Shown here in pieces: positions 19,542 to 28,536 of a stretch of DNA of 64,000 bases. Under the pieces are notes generated by a model, which was given only the letters and a program-made list of their open reading frames with translations, was not told the origin of the DNA and ran no database searches. The DNA comes from an uncultured Actinomycetes bacterium (lineage in GTDB: Bacteria; Actinomycetota; Acidimicrobiia; IMCC26256; PALSA-555): assembly GCA_963714105.1 (NCBI GenBank), contig OY970233.1:3393205-3457204 (forward strand). Direction: 5' to 3'. Position numbers and translations under genes: made by a program. Every line of letters starts with the position of its first letter. The stretch's first letter is position 1.

Positions 19542-19587
19542 CAAGCACACTCTCATAGCAAGTGGACCTACCAACGGGGCCCCGTCA
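19542..19587 (+). repeat. solo copy of the IS3 right terminal repeat
   Basis: 46 bp, CAAGCACACTCTCATAGCAAGTGGACCTACCAACGGGGCCCCGTCA. It matches 17874-17919 with one mismatch and has the same orientation. Confidence 0.8.
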
Positions 19588-20049
19588 ACGAACCCACCCC
19601 ACCACTCGGGGAACGCCTTCCTCGATGATTACGCCGATATGTGCACCCCACTCCGAAGGCTCCCACGTCACGTAGTACGGGCGTGTTCTCCGGCCTCGGC
19701 TTCTTCTGAGCACGTAGTCCTGCAGTTCGTGCTTCGTCAGCGTCACGTCGCTGAACGCATACGTGGGGATGTCCGGGCCGGGATCACCTGTTCCGAGCAC
19801 GCTGAACTGGAGGAAACCCTGCCAGCCGCCACTCATGTTGGGTACCTGCACATCGGCCAGGTTGTCGTACGGAAAGCGGCCGTCAAGCCCGACCTTTGGT
19901 GCCCATAGATAGAGCGCGGCGTCCGTGGCGGCTAGATCGAACCGGTTGCCCGTCTTGACACTCGACCCGGTATCGACCGCGACCACCTCCTCACCGGTGA
20001 AGCCTGCACGTTGCAGGCGTCGAGCGGCCCTTCGCCTCGCGTTGCGCAT
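19585..20049 (-). CDS. hypothetical protein (possible bacterial PH/GRAM-like fold), 3' end defined by the IS remnant
   Basis: ATG 20049, 11 nt after the upstream stop. 'EEVVAVDTGS..FDLAATDAALYLW..FLQFSVLG'. The stop TGA 19585-19587 is the terminal TCA of the solo IS end. Confidence 0.45.
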   Translation of the reverse strand: MRNARRRAARRLQRAGFTGEEVVAVDTGSSVKTGNRFDLAATDAALYLWAPKVGLDGRFPYDNLADVQVPNMSGGWQGFLQFSVLGTGDPGPDIPTYAFSDVTLTKHELQDYVLRRSRGRRTRPYYVTWEPSEWGAHIGVIIEEGVPRVVGWVR

Positions 20050-20060
20050 GAAGCGGTCGC

Positions 20061-20429
20061 TCAGTCCCACAGACGAAGAACCGTACTGAGCATCCGAAAG
20101 GCTTCGCACGGGGCTAGCCGAAGGGCGCCAAAACCCACCCCGGCGATCGCGACGCGCCGGTCGGTGGCGGCGGTGTCGAAGTTGGTCACGAAGCACGCCC
20201 CCAACCGACCGTCCGGGAGGCGCAACTCGAAGAGCGGCTCGGTGCTCGACGCGATCCCCAGCCAGTCGGCCGGGCCAATCAGGTAGCCACCCCAGTCCTC
20301 GTCGTCGCCGCAGAGCGAAGCGCGGACCTCGACCTCGTCGCCGTCGGGCTCGGTAACGAACGCCAAGCCGACGTACTCAGTACCCACGGGCCGAGGGTAT
20401 TGAGCCGGTCGGCGGGCCAAGGCCGAGAC
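20061..20429 (-). CDS. DUF4873-like small protein
   Basis: 'GTEYVGLAFVTEPDGDEVEVRASLCGDDEDWGGYLIG..LFELRLPDGRLGACFVT..RRVAIAGVGFG' follows the DUF4873 pattern (Y.G.A...dg.e..V.v.L.G....W.G.l...pdG...v.G.G). The start is uncertain (GTG 20429 or 20387). Confidence 0.5.
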   Translation of the reverse strand, partial: VSALARRPAQYPRPVGTEYVGLAFVTEPDGDEVEVRASLCGDDEDWGGYLIGPADWLGIASSTEPLFELRLPDGRLGACFVTNFDTAATDRRVAIAGVGFGALRLAPCEAFRMLSTVLRLWD

Positions 20430-20446
20430 GGCGGGTAGCGGGTGTC

Positions 20447-21748
20447 CTACCCGGTGAACCTGGGGGTGACGGTTAGCGGCGCGGCCGCAGGGCAGTCGCT
20501 GAGGGTGACCGTCGCGGAGGCGCTCTGACGCGACGGTGCGGTCGCGCTCACCGTGTGAGCCCCGGCCGGGACGCTGCACGGCACGCTGAACGACTGGGTG
20601 AACGTCCCGGTGCTCGATACCTTCACCGTCCCCAACGTCGTCGGTGTCGACGCGATACTCACGCTCAGAGTCGTGGACGGCAAGAACGCCGAGCCGGTCA
20701 CCGTGACGGTGCGGCCATCAGCACCGACCGTCGCACCCAACTGCGGACACGGCGTGATCGCCACCCCGACCGGGGCGGTGCCGACGGTGATGGGGCTGCC
20801 GATCACCGTGTTGGTCGACCTGTCGATCACCGACACCGTGTTGTCACCAAAGTTGGTGACGTAGGCTCGGGTGCCGTCCGGCGTGATCGCCACCCCGTAC
20901 GGGGCGGTGCCGACGGTGATGGGGCTGGCGATCACCGTGTTGGTCGACGTGTCGATCACCGACACCGACCCGCCACCTTCGTTGGTGACGTAGGCGCGGG
21001 TGCCGTCCGGCGTGATCGCCACGCCTAGCGGGTGGGAGCCGACGGTGATGGGGCTGCCGATCACCGTGTTGGTCGACGTGTCGATCACCGACACCGTCGT
21101 GCCACCTTCGTTGGTGACGTAGGCGCGGGTGCCGTCCGGCGTGATCGCCACCCCTTCCGGGTTGGAGCCGACGGTGATGGGGCTGCCGATCACCGTGTTG
21201 GTCAACGTGTCGATCACCGACACCGTCGTGCCACCTTCGTTGGTGACGTAGGCGCGGGTGCCGTCCGGCGTGATCGCCACCGCGTACGGGTTGGAGCCGA
21301 CGGTGATGGGGCTGCCGATCACCGTGTTGGTCGACGTGTCGATCACCGACACCGACCCGCCACCACTGTTGGTGACGTAGGCGCGGGTGCCGTCCGGCGT
21401 GATCGCCACCCCGTACGGGTGGGAGCCGACGGTGATGGGGCTGCCGATCACCGTGTTGGTCGACGTGTCGATCACCGACACCGTCGTGCCACCTTCGTTG
21501 GTGACGTAGGCGCGGGTGCCGTCCGGCGTGATCGCCACCCCGTACGGGTTGGAGCCGACGGTGATGGGGCTGCCGATCACCGTGTTGGTCGACGTGTCGA
21601 TCACCGACACCGACCCGCCACCAAAGTTGGTGACGTAGGCGCGCCTGACGCACCCGGCGGCCGCCGCTACCCCGCCGGGGGCCACCCCCACCGCGACCAG
21701 CGACCCCGCCGCCAGCGCCAGCACCCCACCCGCAACCCGAACCCTCAC
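20447..21748 (-). CDS. secreted (possibly lipo-)protein: 7-bladed YVTN beta-propeller + Ig-like domain, ending in ...TVTPRFTG
   Basis: GTG 21748, preceded by GGAGGG. Signal peptide '[25 protein letters not shown]'. Seven 43-aa units '[43 protein letters not shown]' are followed by a beta-rich C-domain. Confidence 0.8.
   Translation of the reverse strand: MRVRVAGGVLALAAGSLVAVGVAPGGVAAAAGCVRRAYVTNFGGGSVSVIDTSTNTVIGSPITVGSNPYGVAITPDGTRAYVTNEGGTTVSVIDTSTNTVIGSPITVGSHPYGVAITPDGTRAYVTNSGGGSVSVIDTSTNTVIGSPITVGSNPYAVAITPDGTRAYVTNEGGTTVSVIDTLTNTVIGSPITVGSNPEGVAITPDGTRAYVTNEGGTTVSVIDTSTNTVIGSPITVGSHPLGVAITPDGTRAYVTNEGGGSVSVIDTSTNTVIASPITVGTAPYGVAITPDGTRAYVTNFGDNTVSVIDRSTNTVIGSPITVGTAPVGVAITPCPQLGATVGADGRTVTVTGSAFLPSTTLSVSIASTPTTLGTVKVSSTGTFTQSFSVPCSVPAGAHTVSATAPSRQSASATVTLSDCPAAAPLTVTPRFTG
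20738..21640 (-). repeat. seven tandem 129-bp coding repeats (YVTN blades)
   Basis: The period is exactly 129 nt; for example GTTGGTGACGTAGGCGCGGGTGCCGTCCGGCGTGATCGCCAC recurs at 20981, 21110 and 21239. The two adjacent units compared (20981 and 21110) differ at only a few positions. Confidence 0.85.
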
Positions 21749-21978
21749 CCCTAGCCCTCCACCCCGACCGGGACAGGATCGTAACCCCAGTCCGACACCC
21801 GAACCGGGACCGACGTACCCAACCAGGGCCGACCCCCTAGTCACAGGTTGGTCACAGAACGCTGCGACCGGGTGCGAATTGTGCGCGACACTTCGGGTCT
21901 CGGGACACCGCGAATCGTTGATTCGCAAGACTTCCCGCGACGGCTGCGACCACTGAGACACCGTGAGGGTGCCTGCGG

Positions 21979-22409
21979 TTCAACTTCCGCGGGGTGGAGG
22001 CCAGCGCGGGGACCCACGACGACGGTCGGGCGGAGCGCCTCGACGCGGCCGCCGCGGTCGCGACGCTCGCGGGACGGCTGGCCCCCGGGAGCCCGTTGAT
22101 GCTGACCGGCTGGTCCTTCGGTGCCGACGTCGCCCTGGCGACCCTCGACGCGGCGATCCGGGGTTGGCTCGCGATCGCCCCGCCGCTGCGCGGCCCGGGC
22201 GGCGCCCCGGCGGGTGCCGACCCGCGCCCGAAACGGGTCGTGCTCGCCGAGCACGACGAGGCCGCGCCCCCGCCGACGTCGAGGCGATCGTGGCCGCCTG
22301 GCCGGCGACCGACGTGACCGTCGTGGGCGGCGCCAGCCACTTCTTCGTGGGACGCACCGACGCCCTCGTCGGGCTGGCCCAAGCCTTCGTGGACACGTTG
22401 ACCGGCTGA
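21979..22409 (+). pseudogene. alpha/beta hydrolase, 3' part (continuation of 15522-15713); additional frame break in a C-run near ~22268
   Basis: '[32 protein letters not shown]..' with nucleophile elbow GWSFG. The tail 'ADVEAIVAAWPATDVTVVGGASHFFVGR' lies in the frame of ORF 21963..22409. Confidence 0.7.
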
Positions 22410-22478
22410 GCCGTGCCGCCCCGTCTCCGAACCGGGAGAGGGATCGGCCATCATGGGCGGCCTGTGGCCACCGAAGGG

Positions 22479-24436
22479 ATGACCGGGACGCCGTCGCGGC
22501 GTTCCGGGGCGCTGCCCACCAGCTTCGGCTACAAGCCGGCCCTCGACGGGTTGCGGGCCGTCGCGGTCCTGTCGGTCATCGCGTTCCACTTCGGCACCGG
22601 GCAGATGCCGGGCGGGTTCCTCGGGGTGGACACCTTCTTCGTCCTCTCCGGGTACCTGATCACCTCGCTGCTCCTCACGGAGTGGGGCCGATCGTCGGGG
22701 ATCAAGTTCGCCGCGTTCTGGGCCCGGCGGGCCCGGCGGCTCCTCCCCGCCCTGTTCGTGGTGCTCATCGCCATCGCGATCTGGGCGATGCTGGCCGTCT
22801 CGAGCGACCAGCTGTCCACGATCCGCTCCGACGGGCTCTGGACGCTCTTCTACGGCGCGAACTGGCACTTCATCCACTCCGGCCAGTCGTACTTCGCGCT
22901 CGTCAGCAACGCGTCGCCGCTGCGGCACACCTGGTCGCTGGCGATCGAGGAGCAGTTCTACCTGGTGTGGCCGCTGCTGACCTTCGCGTGCCTGAAGCTC
23001 GGGAAGGGCCGCACCGGGCTGCTGACCGCCCTCTGCGGGGCCGGCGCGGTGGCGTCGGCCACGCTGATGGGGGTCCTCTACGTGCAGGGCGACCCGAACC
23101 GCGCCTACTACGGGACCGACACCCGCGCCCAGGGGCTGCTCATCGGCGCGCTGGTCGCGATCTTCCTCGCCCATCGCGCCGGGCGGCCGCTGCCACGCGT
23201 CGTGCAGCTCTTCGGGGTGGCCGGCGCGGTGGTGTGCGTCTGGATGTTCACGGTGGCCAGCGACACCGCGTCGTGGATGTACCCGTGGGGGTTCCTCCTC
23301 TTCGAGGTGTCCACCGCGTGTGTGATCCTCGGCATCACCCAGCCGGTCCGCACCCCGCTCCACGCGCTGCTGTCCCTCCGCCCGGTCCGGTGGGTCGGGC
23401 AGATCTCCTACGGGTTGTACCTGTGGCACTGGCCGGTGTCGGTCGCGATCTCGGCCGGGAACACCCGCCTCACCGGCTGGGACCTGGCCCTCGTCCGCCT
23501 CGCGGTCACGTTCGGCGCCGCGACGCTCTCCTACTACCTGATCGAGCTGCCGATCCGGCACCGCACGTTCGTGAAGGGCTGGGCGTCGCGGATCGCCGCG
23601 CCGATCGGGTTCGCCACCGCGGCGAGCGTGCTCCTCGTCGGCACCGCGGGCGCCACCGCGCCGCCCCGCTACCTCGTCGCGAGCCCGAACCAGGTCCTCA
23701 CCACCGGCGCGGCAGCACTCGAAGACCCCGACCAGCCCCGGGAACCGGGATCCGAACCTGGCCGTCTCGGGCCCGGTGCTGCTCGTCGGCGACTCGGTGG
23801 CCGACACGCTCTCGAGCGCGCTGTCGTCGACCGCGGCGAGCCACGGCGTGGCGCTCACCGCGGCGGTGCGGCCGGGCTGCGGGTTGATCACGGGCCAGCC
23901 GGTCGCGCCCGACGGGACGATCATCAAGTGGGGCAAGGCCTGCTCGGACGCGACCCCCGGCTACGAGGTCCAGGTCGCGCAGAGCTCGGGCGCGAAGGTC
24001 GTCGTCGCGCTCAGCACCTGGGAGGACGCCGACCGGATCGTGAACGGCCAGCTGGTGAAGTTCGGCACCCCGGCCGGGGATCAGCTCTGGTTCCGGCTCC
24101 TCGACGAGATGCGAACCCGGCTCACCTCGTCGGGCGCGCGGCTGCTCCTCGTCAAGATGCCCCCACCGGCCAAGTTCAGCGACCTCGGGCCCGCCGACCC
24201 GGACGCGGTGCACCGCATGATGCTCCTCGGCTCGCTGTACCAGCGCTACGCCGCGGTGCACCACGACGTCGGGCTCGTCGACCTGTCCAGCATCGTGTGC
24301 CCGTCGGGGCCGCCGTGCCCCGAGTTCGTGGCCGGCATCCGGCTCCGCCCCGCCGACGGCGGGCACTACCAGGCGTCCGGGCGCGGCGTGGGTCGCGCCA
24401 CGGCTCTACGCGGCGATCGCCGCCGCGGCCCGCTGA
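22479..24436 (+). pseudogene. acyltransferase-3 (OafA/YrhL-type) membrane O-acyltransferase with C-terminal SGNH domain; frame breaks ~23735 and ~24378
   Basis: ATG 22479. 'LDGLRAVAVLSVIAFH', multiple TM helices and 'ISYGLYLWHWP'. The SGNH domain 'VLLVGDSVADTL..' is ORF 23776..24459. The last residues 'AAWVAPRLYAAIAAAAR' are in a third frame running to TGA 24434-24436. Confidence 0.8.
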
Positions 24437-24469
24437 CCCGCGCGTGGCGGGCGGGGTGAGCCCGGTCGG

Positions 24470-24700
24470 TCAGCGGGTCGGGAGCGGCGCGAACCCCTGC
24501 CGTTCGAGGAAGACGTGGCGGCGTTCGACGACCAGGCGCCATTGCGAGAGCTCGGACTCGAAATGGAGGCGGTTGCCGTCCTCGTAGGCGTGCTCGAGCT
24601 CGTCGAACGCCGTGTCCTCGGCGTCGAGCAGCTCGCGGTAGCGCCGGAAGAACGCTTCGTCGATCACGGCGGCGTCAACCATATGGCTCCCCCTCATCAA
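24470..24700 (-). CDS. small hypothetical protein
   Basis: 70-76 aa, acidic and helical ('VIDEAFFRRYRELLDAEDTAFDELEHAYEDG'). It lies immediately downstream of priA on the same strand. Confidence 0.45.
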   Translation of the reverse strand: MMRGSHMVDAAVIDEAFFRRYRELLDAEDTAFDELEHAYEDGNRLHFESELSQWRLVVERRHVFLERQGFAPLPTR

Positions 24701-24740
24701 GTTGCCGGTCTCCGGACCGTACCCGAGCAGCCGGTTCCGG

Positions 24741-25478
24741 TCACGGGTCGTCGACGACCGCCAGCGCCTCGGCGAGGCTGAACCGGCCCTCGTAGAGGGC
24801 CCGCCCCACGACCGCGCCGGCGAGGCGCCGACCCGCTCGTTCCAGGCCGGCCAGGGCGCGCAAGTCGCTCAGGCCGCCCACCCCGCCGCTGGCGAGGACC
24901 GGGGTGCTCGTGGCCTCGAGGACCGCCCCGAGCTGCTCGAGGTCGGGACCGGTCATGGTGCCGTCCCGGGAGATCTCGGTGACGACCAGCGCGGCGACCC
25001 CCGCGGCCTCCAGGCTCGCGGCGCGTTCGAGCAGGTCGGCGTCGGTCGCTTCGGTCCAGCCGCGGGTCGCGACCGCCCGCCCGCGGGCATCGAGCCCCAC
25101 CGCGATGCGGCCGGGGTGCGCGGCGCAGAGGTCGGTGACGAGATCGGGGTTCTCCACCGCGGCGGTGCCGACAACGACCCGGGTGGCGCCGGCCAGGAGC
25201 AGCGCCCCGGCGGCTTCCAGGCTGCGGATCCCTCCGCCGACCTGCACCGGGCAGCTCACCGCGGCGGTGATCGCCTCGACCGCGGCGAGGTTGGCCGGCT
25301 CGCCGGTCCGGGCCGCGTCGAGATCCACGACGTGGATCCACCCCGCGCCGGTCACCGCGAAGGCACGCGCGACCGCGACCGGGTCGTCGGCGTACACGGT
25401 CTCGGCGGTGAAGTCCCCCTGGGTGAGGCGCACGGCCCGCCCGGCGCGGAGATCGATCGCGGGGTAGAGGGTCAGCAC
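24741..25478 (-). CDS. priA: HisA/PriA (ProFAR isomerase; in actinobacteria usually bifunctional with PRA isomerase)
   Basis: 'LYPAIDLRAGRAVRLTQGDF', 'VVDLDAA', 'VQVGGGIRS', 'TEISRDGTMTGPD' and 'ASGGV'. Confidence 0.9.
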   Translation of the reverse strand: MLTLYPAIDLRAGRAVRLTQGDFTAETVYADDPVAVARAFAVTGAGWIHVVDLDAARTGEPANLAAVEAITAAVSCPVQVGGGIRSLEAAGALLLAGATRVVVGTAAVENPDLVTDLCAAHPGRIAVGLDARGRAVATRGWTEATDADLLERAASLEAAGVAALVVTEISRDGTMTGPDLEQLGAVLEATSTPVLASGGVGGLSDLRALAGLERAGRRLAGAVVGRALYEGRFSLAEALAVVDDP

Positions 25479-25481
25479 GCC

Positions 25482-26069
25482 CTACAGCGCGCCCTTCGTC
25501 GACGGGATCGATTCCCCCTCGATCCGCACCGCGTCCCGCAACGACCGGGCGACCCCCTTGAACGACGCTTCGATCACGTGGTGACCGTTCCGACCGGTGA
25601 GCGAGCGCAGGTGCAAGGTGATCCCCGCCGCGAACGCGAACGCCCGCCAGAACTCCTCGCACAGCTGCGGGTCGAAGGTGCCGATCCACTCGGCGATCGG
25701 GTCGACGTCATAGACGAGGTACGGCCGACCCGACAGGTCCAACGCGACCTGGACCAGCGCCTCGTCGAGCGGCACCAGCGCGGACGCGAAGCGACGGACC
25801 CCGGCCTTGTCGCCGAGGGCCTCACGGAGGGCCTCGCCGAGCGCGAGGCCGACGTCCTCGACGGTGTGGTGCAGGTCGACGTCGAGGTCCCCGACCGCCT
25901 CGACGGTGAGGTCGAAGCCGCCGTGCTTGCCGAGCTGCGCCAGCATGTGATCGAAGAACGGGATCCCGGTCGACGCCTCCGCCCGCCCGGCGCCGTCGAC
26001 GACGAGGACCAGGTCCACGCGGGTCTCGGTCGTGGCCCGGTGCCGCTCGGCCCGTCGGGGTTCGCTCAT
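25482..26069 (-). CDS. hisB: imidazoleglycerol-phosphate dehydratase
   Basis: 'TTETRV..STGIPFFDHML..HHTVEDVG..GRNGHHVIEASFKGVARSL'. ATGA overlap with the hisC stop. Confidence 0.92.
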   Translation of the reverse strand: MSEPRRAERHRATTETRVDLVLVVDGAGRAEASTGIPFFDHMLAQLGKHGGFDLTVEAVGDLDVDLHHTVEDVGLALGEALREALGDKAGVRRFASALVPLDEALVQVALDLSGRPYLVYDVDPIAEWIGTFDPQLCEEFWRAFAFAAGITLHLRSLTGRNGHHVIEASFKGVARSLRDAVRIEGESIPSTKGAL

Positions 26070-27151
26070 GCCGCTTCCTCCAGGGACTCACGGAGCGCGT
26101 CGAGGAGCGTCTCGTCCTCGGCGGGGGTGCCGACGGTGATGCGCAGGCAGTCCTCGAGCCGGGGGACGTGCGAGAAGTCGCGGACGAGGACGCCGCGCTC
26201 CACGAGCCGGGTCCACAGGGCGTGGCCGTCGCCGTCGACGCGGACGAGCACGAAGTTGGCGCCCGACGGGTACACAGTCAGGCCGGGGAGCCGGGCGAGC
26301 GCGGCGGCGAGGCGGTGCCGCTCCGACACGAGCGCGTCGACCCGGGCTCGCATCTCGGCGTCGAACGCGAGGGCCTCGACCCCGGCGAGCTGGGTCGGGA
26401 CGGCCAGGTGGTACGGGAGCACGACCCGCTCGAGCTGCTCGACGACGGGCGTCGGCGCCACCGCGAACCCGAGGCGCAACGCGGCCATCGACCACACCTT
26501 CGAGTAGGTGCGCACGACGACGAGGGGCACGTCGTCGGCGACCAGCTCCGCCGCGCTCCACCCGGAGAACTCCCCGTAGGCCTCGTCGACGACGAGGAGC
26601 CCGGGCCCGTGGTCGACGATCGACGCGAGGAGCGCCTCGATCGTGGCCCGCGGTCTCGACCGTCCCCGTCGGGTTGTTCGGGCTGCAGAGGAACACCACC
26701 GCCGGCCGCTCCGCGGCGACGACCAGGCCGGCTTCGGTCGGGGAGACCGACGAAGTCGTCGGCCCGTTCCGCGGCGACGACCGCGGTGCCGGTCGTGCGG
26801 GCGATGTGGGCGTGGAGCGCGTACGTCGGCTCGAACACCACCGCCCGCCGTCCCGGGCCTCCGTAGGCGAGCAGCAGCGTCTGCAGCACCTCGTTGGAGC
26901 CGTTCGCGCAGAACACCCGGCCGGGCGGCTGGCCCGAGCCGGGCGGACAGCGCGCCGCGCAGCTCCCGCGCCTCCCGGTCCGGGTACCGGTTCAGCGGCA
27001 CCGCGGCGAGCGCGGCGAGCCACGCGTCGACGAACCCCGGAGGTGGCGGGTACGGGCTCTCGTTCGTGTTGAGCCGCACCGACACGTCGAGCTGGGGCGA
27101 GTGGTACCGCTCCAGCGTGCCGAGGTCGGGTCGGGGTTCGGGGAGGCTCAC
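26066..27151 (-). pseudogene. hisC: histidinol-phosphate aminotransferase, three frame breaks (~26920, ~26760, ~26650)
   Basis: Four colinear pieces in three frames: 'LNTNESPYPPP..LNRYPD', 'FCANGSNEVLQTLLLAYGGPGRRAVVFEPTY', 'ERPAVVFLCSPNNPTG' and 'LLVVDEAYGEF..VVRTYSKVWSMAALRLGF'. GTG 27151 overlaps the hisD stop. Confidence 0.85.
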
Positions 27152-28458
27152 CGGGGCGTCCCGCTCGGTGCGCTGGTCGCGGCCGCGCTGACCCGCAGCG
27201 CGACGGATCGGGCGTGCTCGGGGAGGCCCTCGGCCTCCGCGAGCGCCTCGATGTGCGGGGCGACGCGGCGCAGCGCGTCCTCGTCGGCGCGGACGACGTG
27301 GGTGTGCTTGCAGAAGGTGTCGACGCGGAGCGCGCCGGCGAACCGTGCCGCACGGGCGGTCGGGAGCACATGGTTGACCCCGGCGACGTAGTCGCCCACC
27401 ACGGCGGGTGTCCACGGGCCCACGAACACCGCGCCGGCGTTTCGAACCCGGGCGACGAGCGGGTCGGGATCGGCGGTCAGGAGCTCGAGGTGCTCCGGAG
27501 CCACGACGTTCGTGACCGCGAGGGCCTGCGCGGCGTCGTCGACGAGCACCGCCCGGCCTCCGCTGCGCAGCGTCGCCTCGATCTCGACCCGGCGGGGGGC
27601 AACCGCGACGCGCGCCGCGAGCGCGGCGTCGACCGTGTCGACCAGCGTCGCGTCCCACGTGACGAGCATCGCCGCGCCGCCCGGGCCGTGCTCGGCTTGC
27701 GCGGCGAGGTCCGCGGCGACCAGCTCGGGGTCGGCGGCACCGTCGGCGACGACGGCCACCTCGGACGGCCCGGCCGGGACGTCGACGCCGACTTGCCCCG
27801 CGACCTCCCGTTTGGCCAGCGCCACGTACACGTTGCCGGGCCCGACGACGACGTCGACCGGACGGATCGATTCGGTCCCGTACGCCAGCGCGGCGATGGC
27901 CTGGGCGCCGCCGACCCGGTACACGTCGTCGACGCCGGCGAGCGCGGCCGCGGCGAGCGTCGCGGCCGGTACCGCACCGTCGGGGCCGGGCGGCACGCAG
28001 AGTACGACGTCGCCGACACCGGCGACCCGGGCGGGGATCGCGGTCATCAACACGGTGGACGGGTACGTGGCTCGCCCGCCGGGTACGTAGCAGCCGGCCC
28101 GCTCGACCGGGAGGACGAGCTCGTCGACGGTGACCCCGGCCCGCTCGACCCGCACCGGCTCGGCGCGTTGGGTCTCGTGGTAGGCGCGGATCTCCCCGGC
28201 GGCGTACTCCAGGGCGTCGCGCAGCGGCTCGGAGATCTCGTCGAGCGCGTCGGCGACGACCTCGCCCGGGAGCGCGATCGCACCGATCGTGCACCCGTCG
28301 AGCCGGGCGGTCAGGTCGCGGAGCGCGCCGTCACCGCGGGCGCGAACATCGGCGATGACCTCGCGCACGACCTCGAGCGGCTCCGATGAGGCCTCCGGTG
28401 GCGCGAGCGCGCGTCCGAGGTCTCCGGTGAATCCACGAAGGTCGAGACGCGACAACAC
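27148..28458 (-). CDS. hisD: histidinol dehydrogenase
   Basis: 436-aa intact ORF with 'CYVPGGRATYPSTVLM', 'GPGNVYVALAK', 'AGPSEV', 'AQAEHGP' and 'GDYVAGVNHVLPT'. Confidence 0.92.
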   Translation of the reverse strand: MLSRLDLRGFTGDLGRALAPPEASSEPLEVVREVIADVRARGDGALRDLTARLDGCTIGAIALPGEVVADALDEISEPLRDALEYAAGEIRAYHETQRAEPVRVERAGVTVDELVLPVERAGCYVPGGRATYPSTVLMTAIPARVAGVGDVVLCVPPGPDGAVPAATLAAAALAGVDDVYRVGGAQAIAALAYGTESIRPVDVVVGPGNVYVALAKREVAGQVGVDVPAGPSEVAVVADGAADPELVAADLAAQAEHGPGGAAMLVTWDATLVDTVDAALAARVAVAPRRVEIEATLRSGGRAVLVDDAAQALAVTNVVAPEHLELLTADPDPLVARVRNAGAVFVGPWTPAVVGDYVAGVNHVLPTARAARFAGALRVDTFCKHTHVVRADEDALRRVAPHIEALAEAEGLPEHARSVALRVSAAATSAPSGTPR

Positions 28459-28536
28459 GGCGACTCATCGTAACCGTGGGGTGCGGCGTCCCCCTCGGCT
28501 TTGCCCCGCCGGGCGACACCGGACAGGCTGGCGGGC

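Larger units (their letters stand above)
15714..21978. mobile_element. 6.3-kb inserted island (degenerate integrative element) inside the alpha/beta-hydrolase gene
   Basis: 9-bp direct repeat TGCCTGCGG at 15705-15713 and 21970-21978. A tyrosine-recombinase remnant abuts the left junction. Cargo includes an IS3 element and genes of visibly lower GC. Confidence 0.7.

Noticed and set aside
20738-21640. Regular 129-bp repeats considered as a possible CRISPR or other non-coding array
   Set aside because: The repeats are contiguous with no spacers, in frame, and translate to YVTN propeller blades within a signal-peptide-bearing ORF.
21852-23936. 694-aa minus-strand ORF antisense to the acyltransferase-3 gene
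   Set aside because: Same GC-bias artefact. The plus strand encodes a canonical multi-TM acyltransferase.
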